A stretch of 62,106 nucleotides of DNA, counting the filler, from Sphacelaria rigidula (Eukaryota): the NCBI GenBank assembly GCA_964200075.2. It is 11 parts of 11 records of this genome, joined end to end, with 100 filler letters (N's around TTAATTAATTAA, not from the genome) between each part and the next. Parts side by side here need not be neighbours in the genome. Positions count along the whole stretch, not along the records: positions 45,242 to 50,796 come from CAXNAA020026369.1; positions 50,897 to 56,451 come from CAXNAA020026370.1; positions 56,552 to 62,106 come from CAXNAA020026371.1; 8 more parts are not named here. One strand, given 5' to 3'. The notes below the pieces were generated by a model, which saw only the letters and a program-made list of their open reading frames with translations, searched no databases and was not told where the DNA came from. Below, one piece after another: positions 49,801-62,106 of this stretch (position 1 is the stretch's first letter; every line of letters begins with the position of its first letter). The position numbers were made by a program, and so were the translations under genes.

Positions 49801-50796
49801 CAGGAAGGAGATAGAAGAACGTGCAGCCAACTTGTACCGAACTGAATATGGCAGAGGTGGCAGGACGCCCCATCATCTCCCATGTCTTCCTTTTTTCGTA
49901 CTAATTGCGGCCTTCCATGTATCCCTCCACTAAGGCGGTGTTTTGCCATATGGTACTTGCTTTGCCTAGTATATGTCGGAATAGCTCGTGTTCTGTAGCA
50001 CTGTCCTTGCGACAGGCTGACTACTGCTCAGCGAACAGTAATATGGCAGAGGTTGCACCGCGGTTGTGAGACCACTTGCTTCTGCAGCATAAAATGAGAG
50101 TCGATGAGACTGATGGTTGATTGGGCTCTTCACTTGGCCAAGACAAGACAGAACGCACAGTCTCTTCTCAAAGCAAAAAACTGAAGGTGGTGAAGGAGAG
50201 TGATTGCATGTGCGTGGTCGAGTTGACCAAGCTCAGCGCACTCAATCCTTGGAACAAAAACAAAATTGTGACACGTACGTGAGGCTAAAGTGCATCCTCA
50301 AAATACGGTTGCAGATATATTTTGGGGGTGGGTGGGTACCAAAAGGGTGGGGGGATACCAAAAGAACGGTCAGCGGAAACCGAAGGGATGTGCAGGCCAA
50401 GGCGAGGTAATAAGACCTAAAGACTTTGCCATGCCAAGCTCCCTGTGTTTATGTAGAAGGACCTGAAACGTAGACCTCCCCCGATCGCTGCTGGCCCAGC
50501 TCGCACTGTGTGCAATCTGCCATCTTCAATCTATACTACCATATCACGTACGCGGCAGTACGGACAAAAGTACTGTACTGTCTAGTACTGTCTGTACTGC
50601 ACTCCTCCACATCAATTTTAGTGCAGCCGTTGTATATCACCGTCTCCAACCTGACATGTGCGCATGTATACTGCCGTATGCGGCAGGCAGAACAGGCAGT
50701 ATTGTACTACTTAGTTCTGTCTGTACTGCGCGTTGCCCACATCATCATTAGTACAGCCGTTGTACTACTGGCAAACTAACATTTCCATCCTACTGT

Positions 50797-50896
50797 NNNN
50801 NNNNNNNNNNNNNNNNNNNNNNNNNNNNNNNNNNNNNNNNTTAATTAATTAANNNNNNNNNNNNNNNNNNNNNNNNNNNNNNNNNNNNNNNNNNNN
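50797..50896. other. Artificial contig-joining spacer
   Basis: Same 100-nt linker. Confidence 0.98.
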
Positions 50897-51317
50897 CCCC
50901 CCGAATGATGTGCGTGAAAAATTCGTAGCAAAAACGGTCAAAATGGCGTGTTTGGCTGTTCTCGCGTGACTGGCCATATTTCGTATCTCTCTTGGGCAAA
51001 AAACGAGAAGGTATACCTTTTCTAGTCCATTGCTCTTTTTGTTGTTGTTTACCCGGTGGTATTTTCCCTTCTTTGTTTTTTTACTTGACGGAAGGAGGAA
51101 ACCCAACCCAACACTGACCTTGCGAGCGAATTCGTGTGCCGATTACCCGAAGGGTCGGCTAGACTGCCTCGTGGCAGTCATATGGGGAAGGCGCCTCGAG
51201 CGTTCGCAAGCTTTGCTCAAGGCAGTGTGGGGAACGCTCTCACCACAACCCACTATCAACTTGGTGCACTGCAAGCGCCGCCATACGCTCAGGAGCTTCG
51301 GCCCGGGATTTTACCGC

Positions 51318-51950
51318 ACCTGACAGTTGTGTGACTTGTGTCAGACTTTCATACCGGTACTCGACAGTTCTGTAACCTTTGTAAGACTTTCATACCGGTA
51401 CCCGACAGTTCTGTGACCTCTGTAAGACCTTCATACCGGTGCCCGACTGTTCTGTGACCTCTGTAAGACCTTCATACCGGTACTCGACAGTTCTGTGACC
51501 TCTGTAAGACTTTCGTACCCTCGCCCGATAGTTCGGTGAGTTCTGTCAGCCTCCCGTACCGTCACCGGGGGCACGGGTATGCTCTTACTAAGATACCCGG
51601 TTGCGGGTACGGTTTTCCGTGCAATCTCCTCACCCCACCCGACAGTTTCTGCGAGTTCTGGGAGCTTCCCATACCCTTTTACCCGACAGTTGTGTGAGTT
51701 CCATTCAAAAGGTTTACCCGTACCCGGGGCGCGGGTGTACCCTTGAAGAAATACGTGGTAGCTGGTGCACTTTTCTGTAAAGCCCCCCATACCTCTGGAA
51801 GATGTTGTGAGTTCTGTAATCTCTCATATCCTACCCGACAAGTTCTTCAACATCTTAAAGACTTTGTTACCAATACCCGACATTTCTGTGAGTTCTGTAA
51901 GGAATATCATACCCTACAGAACTTACCCGTACCCTACAGAGCACAACCGT
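51318..51950. repeat. Minisatellite-containing repeat, ~40-bp unit ttcataccggtacccgacagttctgtgacctctgtaagac, decaying rightwards
   Basis: About five clear tandem units at 51340-51545 followed by degenerate units. Confidence 0.9.
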
Positions 51951-52354
51951 GAAATGTTGCTGATGTCTCATGACTCGAACATGGAAAATGAGGCCATCCC
52001 TGAGCATTCCGTTTGTTTTACGTTGGCGAGTACGTCTATTTCCTATCTAATGACCGTGGCTGGATTCAGCCACTTGATTCCAATGTGCGGCAATTGATCA
52101 ATCGGTCAATCGAATCAATCATACCGCATTCCCCTTTATTGACCTCGAGATATTCATGCTGAGGGTACTCGTTTCTGTTTCTATATGTTGACGCGCCCTC
52201 CTCTGTCCCTCTCAATCCTGTGCGTTTCCCTTTTTATATGATGGTGTTTATTGGATAAAGACCGGAGTAATATGGGGAGCCTAATTGACCTGACGTCGAA
52301 TGGTGGTTATATCTACGCATGTACCAATTCATTCGTCCGTCTCTTTCCTTACAG

Positions 52355-55300
52355 GTCCTTGGACCAAGAGTCTTCGTCGTTGTGTCCCTCCACCAATGTA
52401 GCCACCGCACCACCAACCTCTTCAGCCGCCCTCTTGAGCGGAGCGGCATCGTTGACCACATCAGCAGCAGCAGCAGCAGCAGCAGCCAGCAGCAACGGCA
52501 AAACATCTGGTGCTCTAGCTCTGCCGGGAAACTTGCACATGACCAGCGAACCGCCGGATTATTGGATCGGGAAGGTAGCCATGGAGAATGTGTCTCTGAG
52601 AAGTGCCAAAACGAGCAGGTGTGTTGTGTGCGTCGTTACCCGTGGTGCGCCTCGCTGCCCTCTGTGGTTGTTTCATGTGTTCATGTCATTTTCCAAATCT
52701 TGTTTCTTGCTTTCATGTCATCATATGCCTCAGTACCTAGATCCAGGAGGCGCCTGAGAAGCTACTGCAATCACCGTAGGATGTATCTTGATGATGACTT
52801 TGACTACACTGGTGAGAGCATGATGGAAGAGTGAAAATGTACTGTATCTATGTTTTTTTCGTTGTCAATACTTTCCTGCGTGGCTGTTGTTCTCTGTGCA
52901 GAGAGGCGAATGTCCACGCTCTCACGCTGAAGGTGTGGCTACCCAGCTTGTTGACTCCCGAGCCTCCGCACCTCATACCTCTCTCTCCAGGGTGTGAGGC
53001 TGTGCAAAAGGTACGCGTATCCTCACTCTTCATGACAACTAACCTTGTATCAGTCCCGCAGTCGATATACAGGGTCTCCGCCCTGGCGGTGAGGGTAGGG
53101 TAAGTACTCTGGGGTACTCTGTATTTCGAGGGTATTTTGAAGTACCCGGTACTCATGGGTACCCGGTGTACCGACTGCCGGAAATACTCAGTATTATAGG
53201 GTACCCAGGGTATCGGCACTCGGAAATACCCCATCCTGGACCCTATCCTACTCTAACCACTTTGGATATTTTGTCGATCTCAGACCGTACATGATGACAA
53301 AACAACAGGTACGTCAATGCGCGGTGATGGAATGTCAAAAAGCTTTACGGTAATTTTCGAATGAATGTTAGATCATAAATGGCAACTGTGATTTGCGATG
53401 ACTATGATTGATGAGTTTCTAGTCAAAGGTGGACGAAGGGAAGGAAGGTGAGCCGATAAACCTAGGCATGGTTGGTAATACAGTACGTGGAAACATAGTA
53501 TCATGTGATGGGTAAGTGGGTAAGTGAAGACGAGCAAACGGGCACTGTGATACTTGGAGTATGACCTTTTTTGCACGTAGCAACATTACGTTCGTTTGTA
53601 TCCGAGCGAAAAGGGAGCAAGCTAGTTCTGTCGAATACATTGTTGGATTATGACGATGTATCATGTGACCACAGCTCGATCCCTGGGGGATCACTTGAAG
53701 AGCGACAACCAATCAATCAATCAATGGATCATGACGATACGCGCATATGGAGTTCGGTGTGGAGCACGTTCGACTATTGTCATGCAGCTCATTTTGGGAG
53801 GACCGTGACCCGCGTGGGACATGAATCTTTGATGAGGGATACGCTGTTGGCGAATGACACTCTCATGCGTGTTGTTCGTGTTTTGTGTTCACAGTCAAGA
53901 AGGAGGGCTGTTTTCATAGTTAATCTACAATAGCACCTCGGGCAGCGGGTGTTTTTGTGTACCTTCAGCATATGCCGCTGAACGTATTGACCCCTTATAC
54001 TAAAAGAGGTAGGTTTGAGAGCAGTGAAGTGGACTAGGGTCATGGTCCAAATAACAGTCTTATGGCGGGGGGGTGGAGCTCGGGTGGAGGCGCTTGATAA
54101 AGTCTTGGTGGAGTATGACTTGTGCGAGACGCGAACATGTTTGCATGCAAAATATTGTAAAAGAAAAAGTAACTCTGTTTTTACTGTGTAATGATAGTAG
54201 TGCAAAGGAAGAGCCCACTATAGTACGATCGAAAAACTGTCAAGATCAGTCTATGCATTACTCTGTAGTAGTGTGTGAACATTGCAGCTGCGTCGTTCTT
54301 CTCCTTCCACGAATATCTAGCAGTTGATCAAGAAGCCTGCCAAGTCTAACTTGTCTGCTGTTGTACCTCGGCGCTCACGATATTCCATGGTATTCTGGCA
54401 GTTCTGCGAGTGTTACGCATTAATGAGTTTTGTGTGCTTTTGCCCGACCTTCCCCCGACGTTCTCCATTTTCCCCTCGCGTTCCTCATTTTCCGTCCAAT
54501 TTCCCTCATTTCCGCCCGCTCACCATTTCTGAATACTGTTTGTGCTGCCGCAGAGTGCACTTTTTTTTTTTTTCCGTGCCGAAAAACCGCGATCATACTG
54601 TAGAATGTGCAGGAGTTGTGGGCGCAGGGAAGTGGGGGGTGGAGGGGAACACGGAGTACAGTAGTGTTGAGGTGAAACATCCAAACCAAGCTCGTCGAGA
54701 AAAGTAGCTTGAGTGCGTGTCCAGGAATCTTGTATTATGGAGTAGTTTAGTTCCACCTCGAAAATATACGGCTATCGAGGGTGCGACAAACCCGCTGCGC
54801 GCCCCTGCCACCGTTACGCCTCCACTCCGCCGAAAATGTGCATGTTCGTCGTTTTTTTTATTGAGTCCCCCCCTTTTTGTTGACGACACACTGGTTCTTC
54901 ACATTTCGTCAGCCCTTGACACAAGCTTGACGTCCAACTTTGGGGGGGTGGGGGGTGTGATGACGTCCGTTTCGCCTGCCAGCTTCCGGAGACCCTTCGT
55001 GGTCCCGTTATTCTACACATGGATGACCGACAGACAATATCGGATCTGAAAAAGGCGGCCGTGGCGAGGGTGGGGAAGCACTTCAAGGAGATGGGGTGTC
55101 CGGACGGTGTGGGAAGAGTCCGCTTATCTGAGGTGATCGTTTTTTTCGTTGAATTCCAGGTTTTTCCCTTTCTCCCTTTCCCATCATTTTTTTATATGGT
55201 TTCTAGTCTCACGTCTTATTCCTTTTGTAGTTCCTATTTTTTGTGGTTTCTTCTCGGTTCTTTCCCAGTCGTTTCGGATTTTTAATGTTTTTGTTTTCAT

Positions 55301-56300
55301 TTTCGTGTTTTAGTCTGGGGGTATTGCATCTATATTACACTATTTGCCTTATCTCTGTCGCCGTTGTCCAAGGCTGAATGAAGCAGGCGTCATGTGACTC
55401 AATTTTTCTCAAGCTCAATCATGGGTACAGGGTTTATAATGCTATTACACGCAGCCTTATCCTTTTTTTCCTTCTTCCCCCCTTTTCCCTCCCCCCCCCC
55501 CCTCTTTTCTGTACCCTTTTCTTTTCTTTTCAGTGCCTACGCCGAGAAAAAAAACGGTTGATGAGATGTTTTCCTTCTCCTGCGGTAGTGTGAGTTCATG
55601 CGAGTTAAGATAAGTGATTTCAGTGCAAATACTGATATTCGATATTTAGGGGCTAGTCGTTTTACCCCTCCTGCTTTACACCGTGCGGTGCATACGATTC
55701 GGGCCCTGCCGACCCATACTTCGGCTAGAGCACCCCATCTACATCCCTTGCCGGAGGTTTTCCCGGCTGCTTCAAGCCGAACATTTCGCATCACTGGCTA
55801 CATGGGACACACACAACATTGACAAACGAATACCGCATGTTCGCGCTGACGCGCCTATCAGTGTCTCACCGTTTGCTTTCCCCGAGAGATCTGAGAGATC
55901 CCCGCTCTTTTTCTTCATCGTGGTTCCTCTCAAAAAGTCACCATTTTTCTCCGTTTCTCCTTCGTTTTCCCCCCTCCTTTTTTTGTCGACATTTTTTTGT
56001 TTTTCTCTTCTTGGGCCCCATTTTTTTCATCTCATGCAGGTAACAGCGCACGGTCCTGGACTGTTCATATCCAAGCACCTTCCGGACGCCGTGCCACGAT
56101 TCTCCCACAAGGCTGCGAGGCGGAAAGGCGGGGCTGGTGGGGATGATGACAGGCCCCCACCTATGTCGCCTGTCTTGGGCGACCTGGAGTGGGATGACAT
56201 GAGGGACCAGGAGGTGATGGTGTTGATGTGGGATGGCTATGCTGTCGACGGTGTGGAGCTTGACGAACCCACCCCGGAGAACCGACCCATCCGCCTTACG
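52355..56300 (+). CDS. Internal exons of an unidentified protein-coding gene: 52355-52618, 52741-52830, 52902-53010, possibly 54324-54389, 55034-55132, 56040-56300
   Basis: AG acceptors (mostly after pyrimidine tracts), GT donors and frame-compatible joins, e.g. TISDLKKAAVARVGKHFKEMG...VRLSE and ...QEVMVLMWDGYAVDG...PIRLT. Exon set may be incomplete and one donor is weak. Confidence 0.6.
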
Positions 56301-56451
56301 GTAAGTTCATTTGTTCTAATTGCTTGATTCTTGAATATTTGTTGGTGTTCTGTGTGCGTGTGTGCGTTCACCCGTTGTCCGCATGTGTATGTTTATTTAT
56401 TTATTTTCGGGTGATACATCAACCCCCGGCTCCTCCCCCCCCCCCCCCCCC

Positions 56452-56551
56452 NNNNNNNNNNNNNNNNNNNNNNNNNNNNNNNNNNNNNNNNNNNNTTAAT
56501 TAATTAANNNNNNNNNNNNNNNNNNNNNNNNNNNNNNNNNNNNNNNNNNNN
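56452..56551. other. Artificial contig-joining spacer
   Basis: Same 100-nt linker. Confidence 0.98.
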
Positions 56552-57524
56552 GTGCGGGCTGTGCCGGTACCTCGACGGTGCTCATCAAGCGCCGAGCCAC
56601 CACGACATGTGTGTACATAGTGGACAATCACAAAGCAGCACCTCAACAGCTCAACAGCGGTTCCAGAAAAACCAGTGTTGTTTCTCAATCACAGAAACGA
56701 CAAGTTTCCACACCCCAAGACGCGCTTGGCCAGCTTTCAACGACAATGACCACAGCGCCTCTTCCTCACGTAGGTCTCCCCACGTGTTTGAAGCCTTTAG
56801 ACTCCTCTTCCTGACCGTACCTCGCCAAGCGTGGAACAGGCAACCCTCCCTATCTCCACCAGGCAGTACGGTTCTTGCGCCGGTTTTTTTCTGGAACACT
56901 CACGGGCTCGCCAGCTGTCGATCAACCGCCCGCACCTCACGCACGAGATACCACAGCCCACCCTAGCAATGCCTCAGACCCTGCTCGGCTCTACTTCTCC
57001 GACTCCTCGCGACGTTCACACGCCTTGAGCTGGTCTTGTTTGCTGCAAACTGATCAGGCCTGTAGACTTCCCTATCTTGATGTGTCAGCTACTTGTCAGC
57101 GGATCTACCACTTGTCAGCGGATTTAATGAACGCTTACTATAGTCCTCTGTCGCTCACGATCAGATCGCCATGTGGACTCCTCCGATCACGGGTATGACT
57201 GCTGCCGAGATAGCCCCCCCCCCGAACCGGCCAAAAATGTGCACGGAGGCGATGATCATAAATACCGTTAGAGCTGGTTTCGTGTTCCACGACGCGACTT
57301 ATTTGGGCATTATAGCTGATTTCGGACTCCCACAAGCCTTTTATGTGGGCGGAATTGCTGCAAACGAGCCCAATAGTGGGATTGCAGTCGGTTTGTCGGA
57401 CGGTCGGTCTCCCGTGCACTTTTTGTGGGGGGGCTATCTCGGCATTAGTCGTATATGGACTTCAGCAGCTTTAGTTATTCATGTATTAACCCTCAGCATT
57501 GTACAGGAGAACAAGACCATAGCT

Positions 57525-57695
57525 GTGGATTCGAAAGCGAGTGAGACGGTCCCGCGACCACTAGAGAAGAGTGCATGGCACCCGGCTCGGTGAGGTGATG
57601 CATTTTGATTATCTGTACGTCAGCGAGAGTGGTCCATTGGGCGAGAGCGGCCTGAATGAAGGCGACGGGTACAAGTACATACTTGTGATGATGAT
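57525..57695 (+). mobile_element. Gypsy integrase fragment of the same family as 18215-22521 and 28344-32450
   Basis: DSKASETVPRPL / HGTRLGEVMHFDYLYVSESGPLG...GYKYILVMM. Confidence 0.85.
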
Positions 57696-57915
57696 CGGCC
57701 GAGTTTTTACGGAAATACGAGCAATATGTGCGAGATGTAGATCAGGAGAACGCGCGGTGGACAAACCTCTTTGAGGTGACAGCAATTTTTGACCTCATGC
57801 CCAAACATATTGCGATATGTCTGTGTGACATGTTCTCGAAGCAAGATTATGATGTTGGGCACGAGCAGTTGCTTTTCGCGTTGCGCAAGCATACGTCGTC
57901 GAACGGGCTGCATGG

Positions 57916-58265
57916 CACTGTGAAAGGCGAGAAACATGTGTCTATCAGAGGGAACAGGCACGACAGTGCACTCGCTGAACGTGCAGTAGGTGCTGTGCGC
58001 CTGAAACAACGATACGGGGCAGCTGCTTGCACTGTGAAAGCCGATAAGCATGTGTCTGCCCGAGGGGACCGGCACGACAGTGCACCCGCTGAACGTAGAG
58101 TAGGTGGTGCGCGTCTCAAATAACGAGACAGGGCAGCTGCTTGCACTGTGAAAACCGAGAAGGATGTGTCTGCCCGAGGTGACAGGTACGATAGTGCATC
58201 CGCCGAACGTGCAGTCGGTGGTGCGCGTCTCAAGCAACGATACAGGGCAGCTTTTTCTATTGTGC
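57916..58265. repeat. Three tandem 114-bp units
   Basis: Units start cactgtgaaa at 57916, 58030 and 58144. Confidence 0.92.
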
Positions 58266-61200
58266 AGAGCGGGAAGGAGACACAGCACGGGCCTGTCAAA
58301 GCGGGTGGGCATGAGAACGCGCCAGCCAACAGTACCACAGTAAGCACTGGCTTGGATGCTGCTGGTATTGCTGAAGAAGACGAACATGCAGCTCGAGCGG
58401 ACTGGAGGCAGCTCAGTTGCCGCTGTTGTCCTTCAGGAGTACGCTGAGCTGGAGGTGGTGGCTAAACCAGGTATATTTGATCCAGCCGCTACTATTGAAA
58501 GTGTGAAGCCGATGTGCTCCGATGAGCTAGCGCTGAGAGGCAAAGGCCCTGGTTGCTTGTGGCCGTCGGACAAGCGCGCAACTGGGGACACACCTTGCAT
58601 GCTCGCCGCTGCAAGGAGATGTTATCTTCGTGATGAGCGTGAGCAGAGCAAGCTTGGGGCTTGCAATGCTCAGGGTGAGTCTATCTGCTCCAGTGATTCG
58701 GCCGGAGATTATTCAGATGATTCGCAGGGGCGTCTACTTGCAGAAAAAGTGAATGCCGGGTTGGCGGATGTGGATTCGCTGGATTGTGTGGTATTGCGGT
58801 GGTCGCGTGCGGTGCTGTTTACATGCACAGCTTTGGCGTGTTTGGCGGCGATGGCGGAGGTTTCTCCACTGTTGCGCCGCGGGGTGTTTGAGGAGGACAG
58901 TGTACTGCAATCAGGAGGTGTTGCTGTTCGGCACTGTGTAGCTGTTCCCGTTTCGTCTTTCGTTTCCTCTGTAAAACTGACTGAAGCACAGATGCTCAAT
59001 ACTGCCCAAGTATATGTGGAGGCAGATAGCTTGTCACATTGGTTCGGCGGTGCGGATATACCGTTGAGTGGCGAGCTGAGCGGCTCCACGCGGGTGGGAG
59101 CTGTAGCTGGACTCATGGCCCGAGGAGCTAGTGTTCGAGTGGAAAAGCTGCTCTGTGATGTGCACGGGGTCGTGGTTCGAGTGTTGCTGTTTCTCAGGAG
59201 CGGGCTGGAGGACTACAAAGAAGGCATTACATGAGATGCTTGCTGTTGTGGTGAGCGCCGATTTGGGTGCTGATGTTGAGGAGCAAGTGCTGAGGTGATT
59301 GAGTGCTTGTTGAGAATGAGGAAGCACATCATGACTGGTATTCGCGAATCGTTTTGAGAATGATTGCAGCTTGTCATTGTGTGGTTTGTGGTCATGTTTG
59401 CGCATGGAACTCGATTGTTGAGCGAGCATGATCGTATCGCGTGTTCAGGGTGAAATTTTGGCGTACGCGTCGATATTTAGGAACTGTGTGTGGTGCTGAT
59501 CTGGTTGGCACGGACGAAACATGGTGTTTGCTGTGAGGAAGGTCACATTGCATGTACTGGGTGAAATGCTGGCATGCATGTGTGGAATGTTCGCTACAGT
59601 ATGGTACTAGTGCGCATGGTATCTGGTGAAGAGTCAGGGTGAGGCAGTTCTTAATATACTGTTGTACGCTGGATGAGGTGAACCTCGTATATATACTCCT
59701 GCTTACACAGACACGCGGCGGAGTTCTCTTTGTGGAGTTTGTTGGCACTGACTGTAGGAGATAGTGATTGCTGCTGTTGGCGTTATAATGAGCAGTAACT
59801 ACGAAATGCGTAAGCTCGTATGTGCGCAAGGGAAACGCGAGTATTTATTGTGGTTGAAGTTGGGTGTTCTTTGGTTATGGCAGGTCTTCTGAAGGAATAT
59901 CTCATTCCCGTCTGGAAGGATCTTGTGGATGGAATGTCCGTTTGTCTAAGGAAGCGGTGCAGGTGAGCTGCAAGTCTGTTGGGACATGAACCGCATTTTA
60001 CATCACGGTTAATCGACTGATGGGATGTGACGGTCCTGAATCTAAGTTGAGATATTCTATCTGGGTGCTTTCTGGGATGTACTCGGTACAAACAAGTTTG
60101 AGAACGAAATCACCACGAGTGATTGATGATGGCGGAGGTCGTGATCCGTTTGCCGTTGATGGATTGGTATACATGGCTTGAAAAGCGGTTTGAGTCATCG
60201 CTTTTTTTCCAGGATGATCATGATCTGAGTGGCACAATAAAGCTTTGACGCTTTCACGAAGAAGAGATGTGCGATGCATGCGTCCTCACGGAGTGGAACA
60301 AGCACTAGACCAGCTGCGCTCTAGACGTGTTGGATACTCGCTTGATTCTAGTTTCAGGCACATTGCTTGGCTGCTGCACCCCGTTGCGCAGGTGATGAAC
60401 GTACGAAAGAGCAATTTACGTGTTGAACGGTATCGAATGCGAGAGAAGAATTGTCACAATGGCTTTAGAATTTGAAGGTCGTTGACGTTTGAGATTTTTC
60501 TGCCGGTTTGGAGTCAGGAGACTTGCTTGGGGCATGGGTTTGAGAATTTGGGCGTCAGCTATCGCTCCGTGAATCTGAGCGGTGTTACTGCGTGAGGGCG
60601 TGTTCATTATGGACGTTTTGGATCTTTTGCGAGTTGTTCGGAAACTGGGCAAGCTTGTATGGCTGTTATCATATACTGCGGTAGCGATTGCTTTACGGTA
60701 GACTTCGGCAACAATGATGTTCATCAAGCTCTAGGTTGATTACTTGTTGGTCGTAGGCGAGCTTTTGAGGTGCTGTAGACTCCGGGCAACATTGTTACCG
60801 TAATTCGGTACATGACTGCAGTGGAGACAATTCATAGCAGGCGTTTAGAGGCTGGTTAATGGATAACGGGTCTGAGAGTATGGCAGGTGGACTCCGTGAT
60901 GTATGATTTATGCAATACGAGGTGAGTCGGTAGCTTCTGGATTTAACGAAAACATGCTGTTTGTATAACTGCTTCAGTCTTGAAGTCTATGGAGCTCGTG
61001 ACAGGGAGGAAGCCCCTGGAGCAGCACTGTGGCCTTGTTTTGATTTCAGACACAGATAAATCTGAAGAGCACCGAGCTGGTTGATGCTTGGGAGGAAGTC
61101 CTGATGTGACTGAGTGCTTGTTGAGATTGCGACTGATAAAACACAACAAGGGCTATTTCCTTGAATCGTTCGGGTACGATTGTAGTCCTGTTCATACTGC

Positions 61201-61326
61201 TACTTGCGCATGAGACATGGCGGTCTAACGCGTATGATCGTAGCGCGTATGCCGAGTGAAATGCCGGTGTGCACTTGAATGGCTTTCAAATCGTGCGTTA
61301 GATTGCCTCGGTCAGCACATGATGCA

Positions 61327-61579
61327 CGAGTCATCCTACGATGGGGAGGGGGGGTATCTGGTTGCACGAAAAAAGAGGCTCAAAAGTGTGTCAGGCGACC
61401 TGCCACAGTCGCGGTGCGCTCGTCTTTGGTTCAAAACGGTGTTGATCGGTATGAATGAGCGTTATTTATCCATAACAAGCTCGTCCGCGCAACCGTTACT
61501 GCTTTCAGCGACGATTTGACTTGAAATTTCGTGCAAGAAGTGGCACAAAATACCCCCCCCCCTATCGTAGGATGACTTG
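61327..61579. mobile_element. Copy of the 8350-8604 MITE family
   Basis: TIR cgagtcatcctacgat / atcgtaggatgacttg; shared body (aatgagcgttat, ggcacaaaata). Confidence 0.8.
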
Positions 61580-62106
61580 CACGGTGTTTTAGATTGAAGT
61601 TTCGATGAATATGCTGGGTAAAATTCTGTCATGCTTGTGCGCATTTTCGCTACAATTTGTATTATTGTGCATGGTGTTAGGCGATCAGTAATGTCGCAGC
61701 ATTTTTCAAATACTGCTGAACGCTGGATGGGGTACATCAAATTGACTCCTGTTTGCAAAAGGCGGCGAAATTGTCGTTGTGCCGTACTGAATGTAGGAGG
61801 GATAATTGCTGTTGCTGGCGTAAACGTGAAGGGAGACGCTGCCGACCATAATTTACGAGGTGCAGCAATACGTCGTCATCTATGGTGGCGTTGCCTGTGT
61901 AAGATCTCTGGATATGCCGTACTACGGTCGCAAGTTTTCCAGTCAGAAATCTACCCAGTTTCTGCGACAGTATGAGGACTACGCTCGTCAGGAAGTCTGG
62001 AACGTTCTCGAGGAGCCAGCAGTTTCTGGCCTCATGCCTAAAAATGTTGTTCGAACAAGCTTTTTGTGGACCAATAACGCGCATTCATACTGCCCGACAC
62101 CGTTTG

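Noticed and set aside
51318..51950. CRISPR-like array
   Set aside because: Units are head-to-tail with no unique spacers, no cas genes and a eukaryotic context; a minisatellite
53095..53240. GGTACC/GTAC-rich quasi-palindrome as a structured RNA
   Set aside because: More simply a small decayed MITE in an intron; ends and TSD could not be fixed
3180..56300. Functional cluster linking the USP exon, WSC gene, mnmA and the unknown gene
   Set aside because: They lie on different, arbitrarily joined contigs
5557..56551. Periodic TTAATTAATTAA motif as a biological repeat array or regulatory site
   Set aside because: Embedded in fixed N runs at exact intervals; a synthetic six-frame stop linker

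Overview
Eukaryotic, intron-rich and transposon-rich DNA, most consistent with a brown alga or related stramenopile. This is an inference from the multi-WSC gene with GT-AG introns, TTAGGG-type motifs and the repeat content. The window is not contiguous. Ten identical 100-nt spacers (44 N + TTAATTAATTAA + 44 N) recur every 5,655 nt and join eleven unlinked ~5,555-nt contigs, so nothing can be inferred from adjacency across a spacer. Host-gene fragments: the last exon of a ubiquitin-specific protease ending in a CaaX motif, seven phase-0 exons of a tandem WSC-domain protein, the last two exons of mnmA, and several exons of an unidentified gene. Mobile DNA: three decayed Ty3/Gypsy chromodomain-integrase elements, two decayed LINE bodies, many LINE 3'-end fragments sitting in G/C homopolymer tracts, a complete non-autonomous LTR element (TRIM-like) with a 28-nt tRNA-derived primer site, hAT-like and mariner-like MITEs, a MITE with internal telomere-like repeats, a palindrome cluster and minisatellites. 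No CRISPR, rRNA or intact tRNA gene was seen. No new system can be proven from sequence alone. The best leads are the in-frame WSC exon-cassette array studded with telomeric-repeat MITEs, the poly(C/G)-associated LINE ends, a Gypsy integrase with a possible second (Tudor-like) reader domain, and the over-long tRNA-derived primer site.
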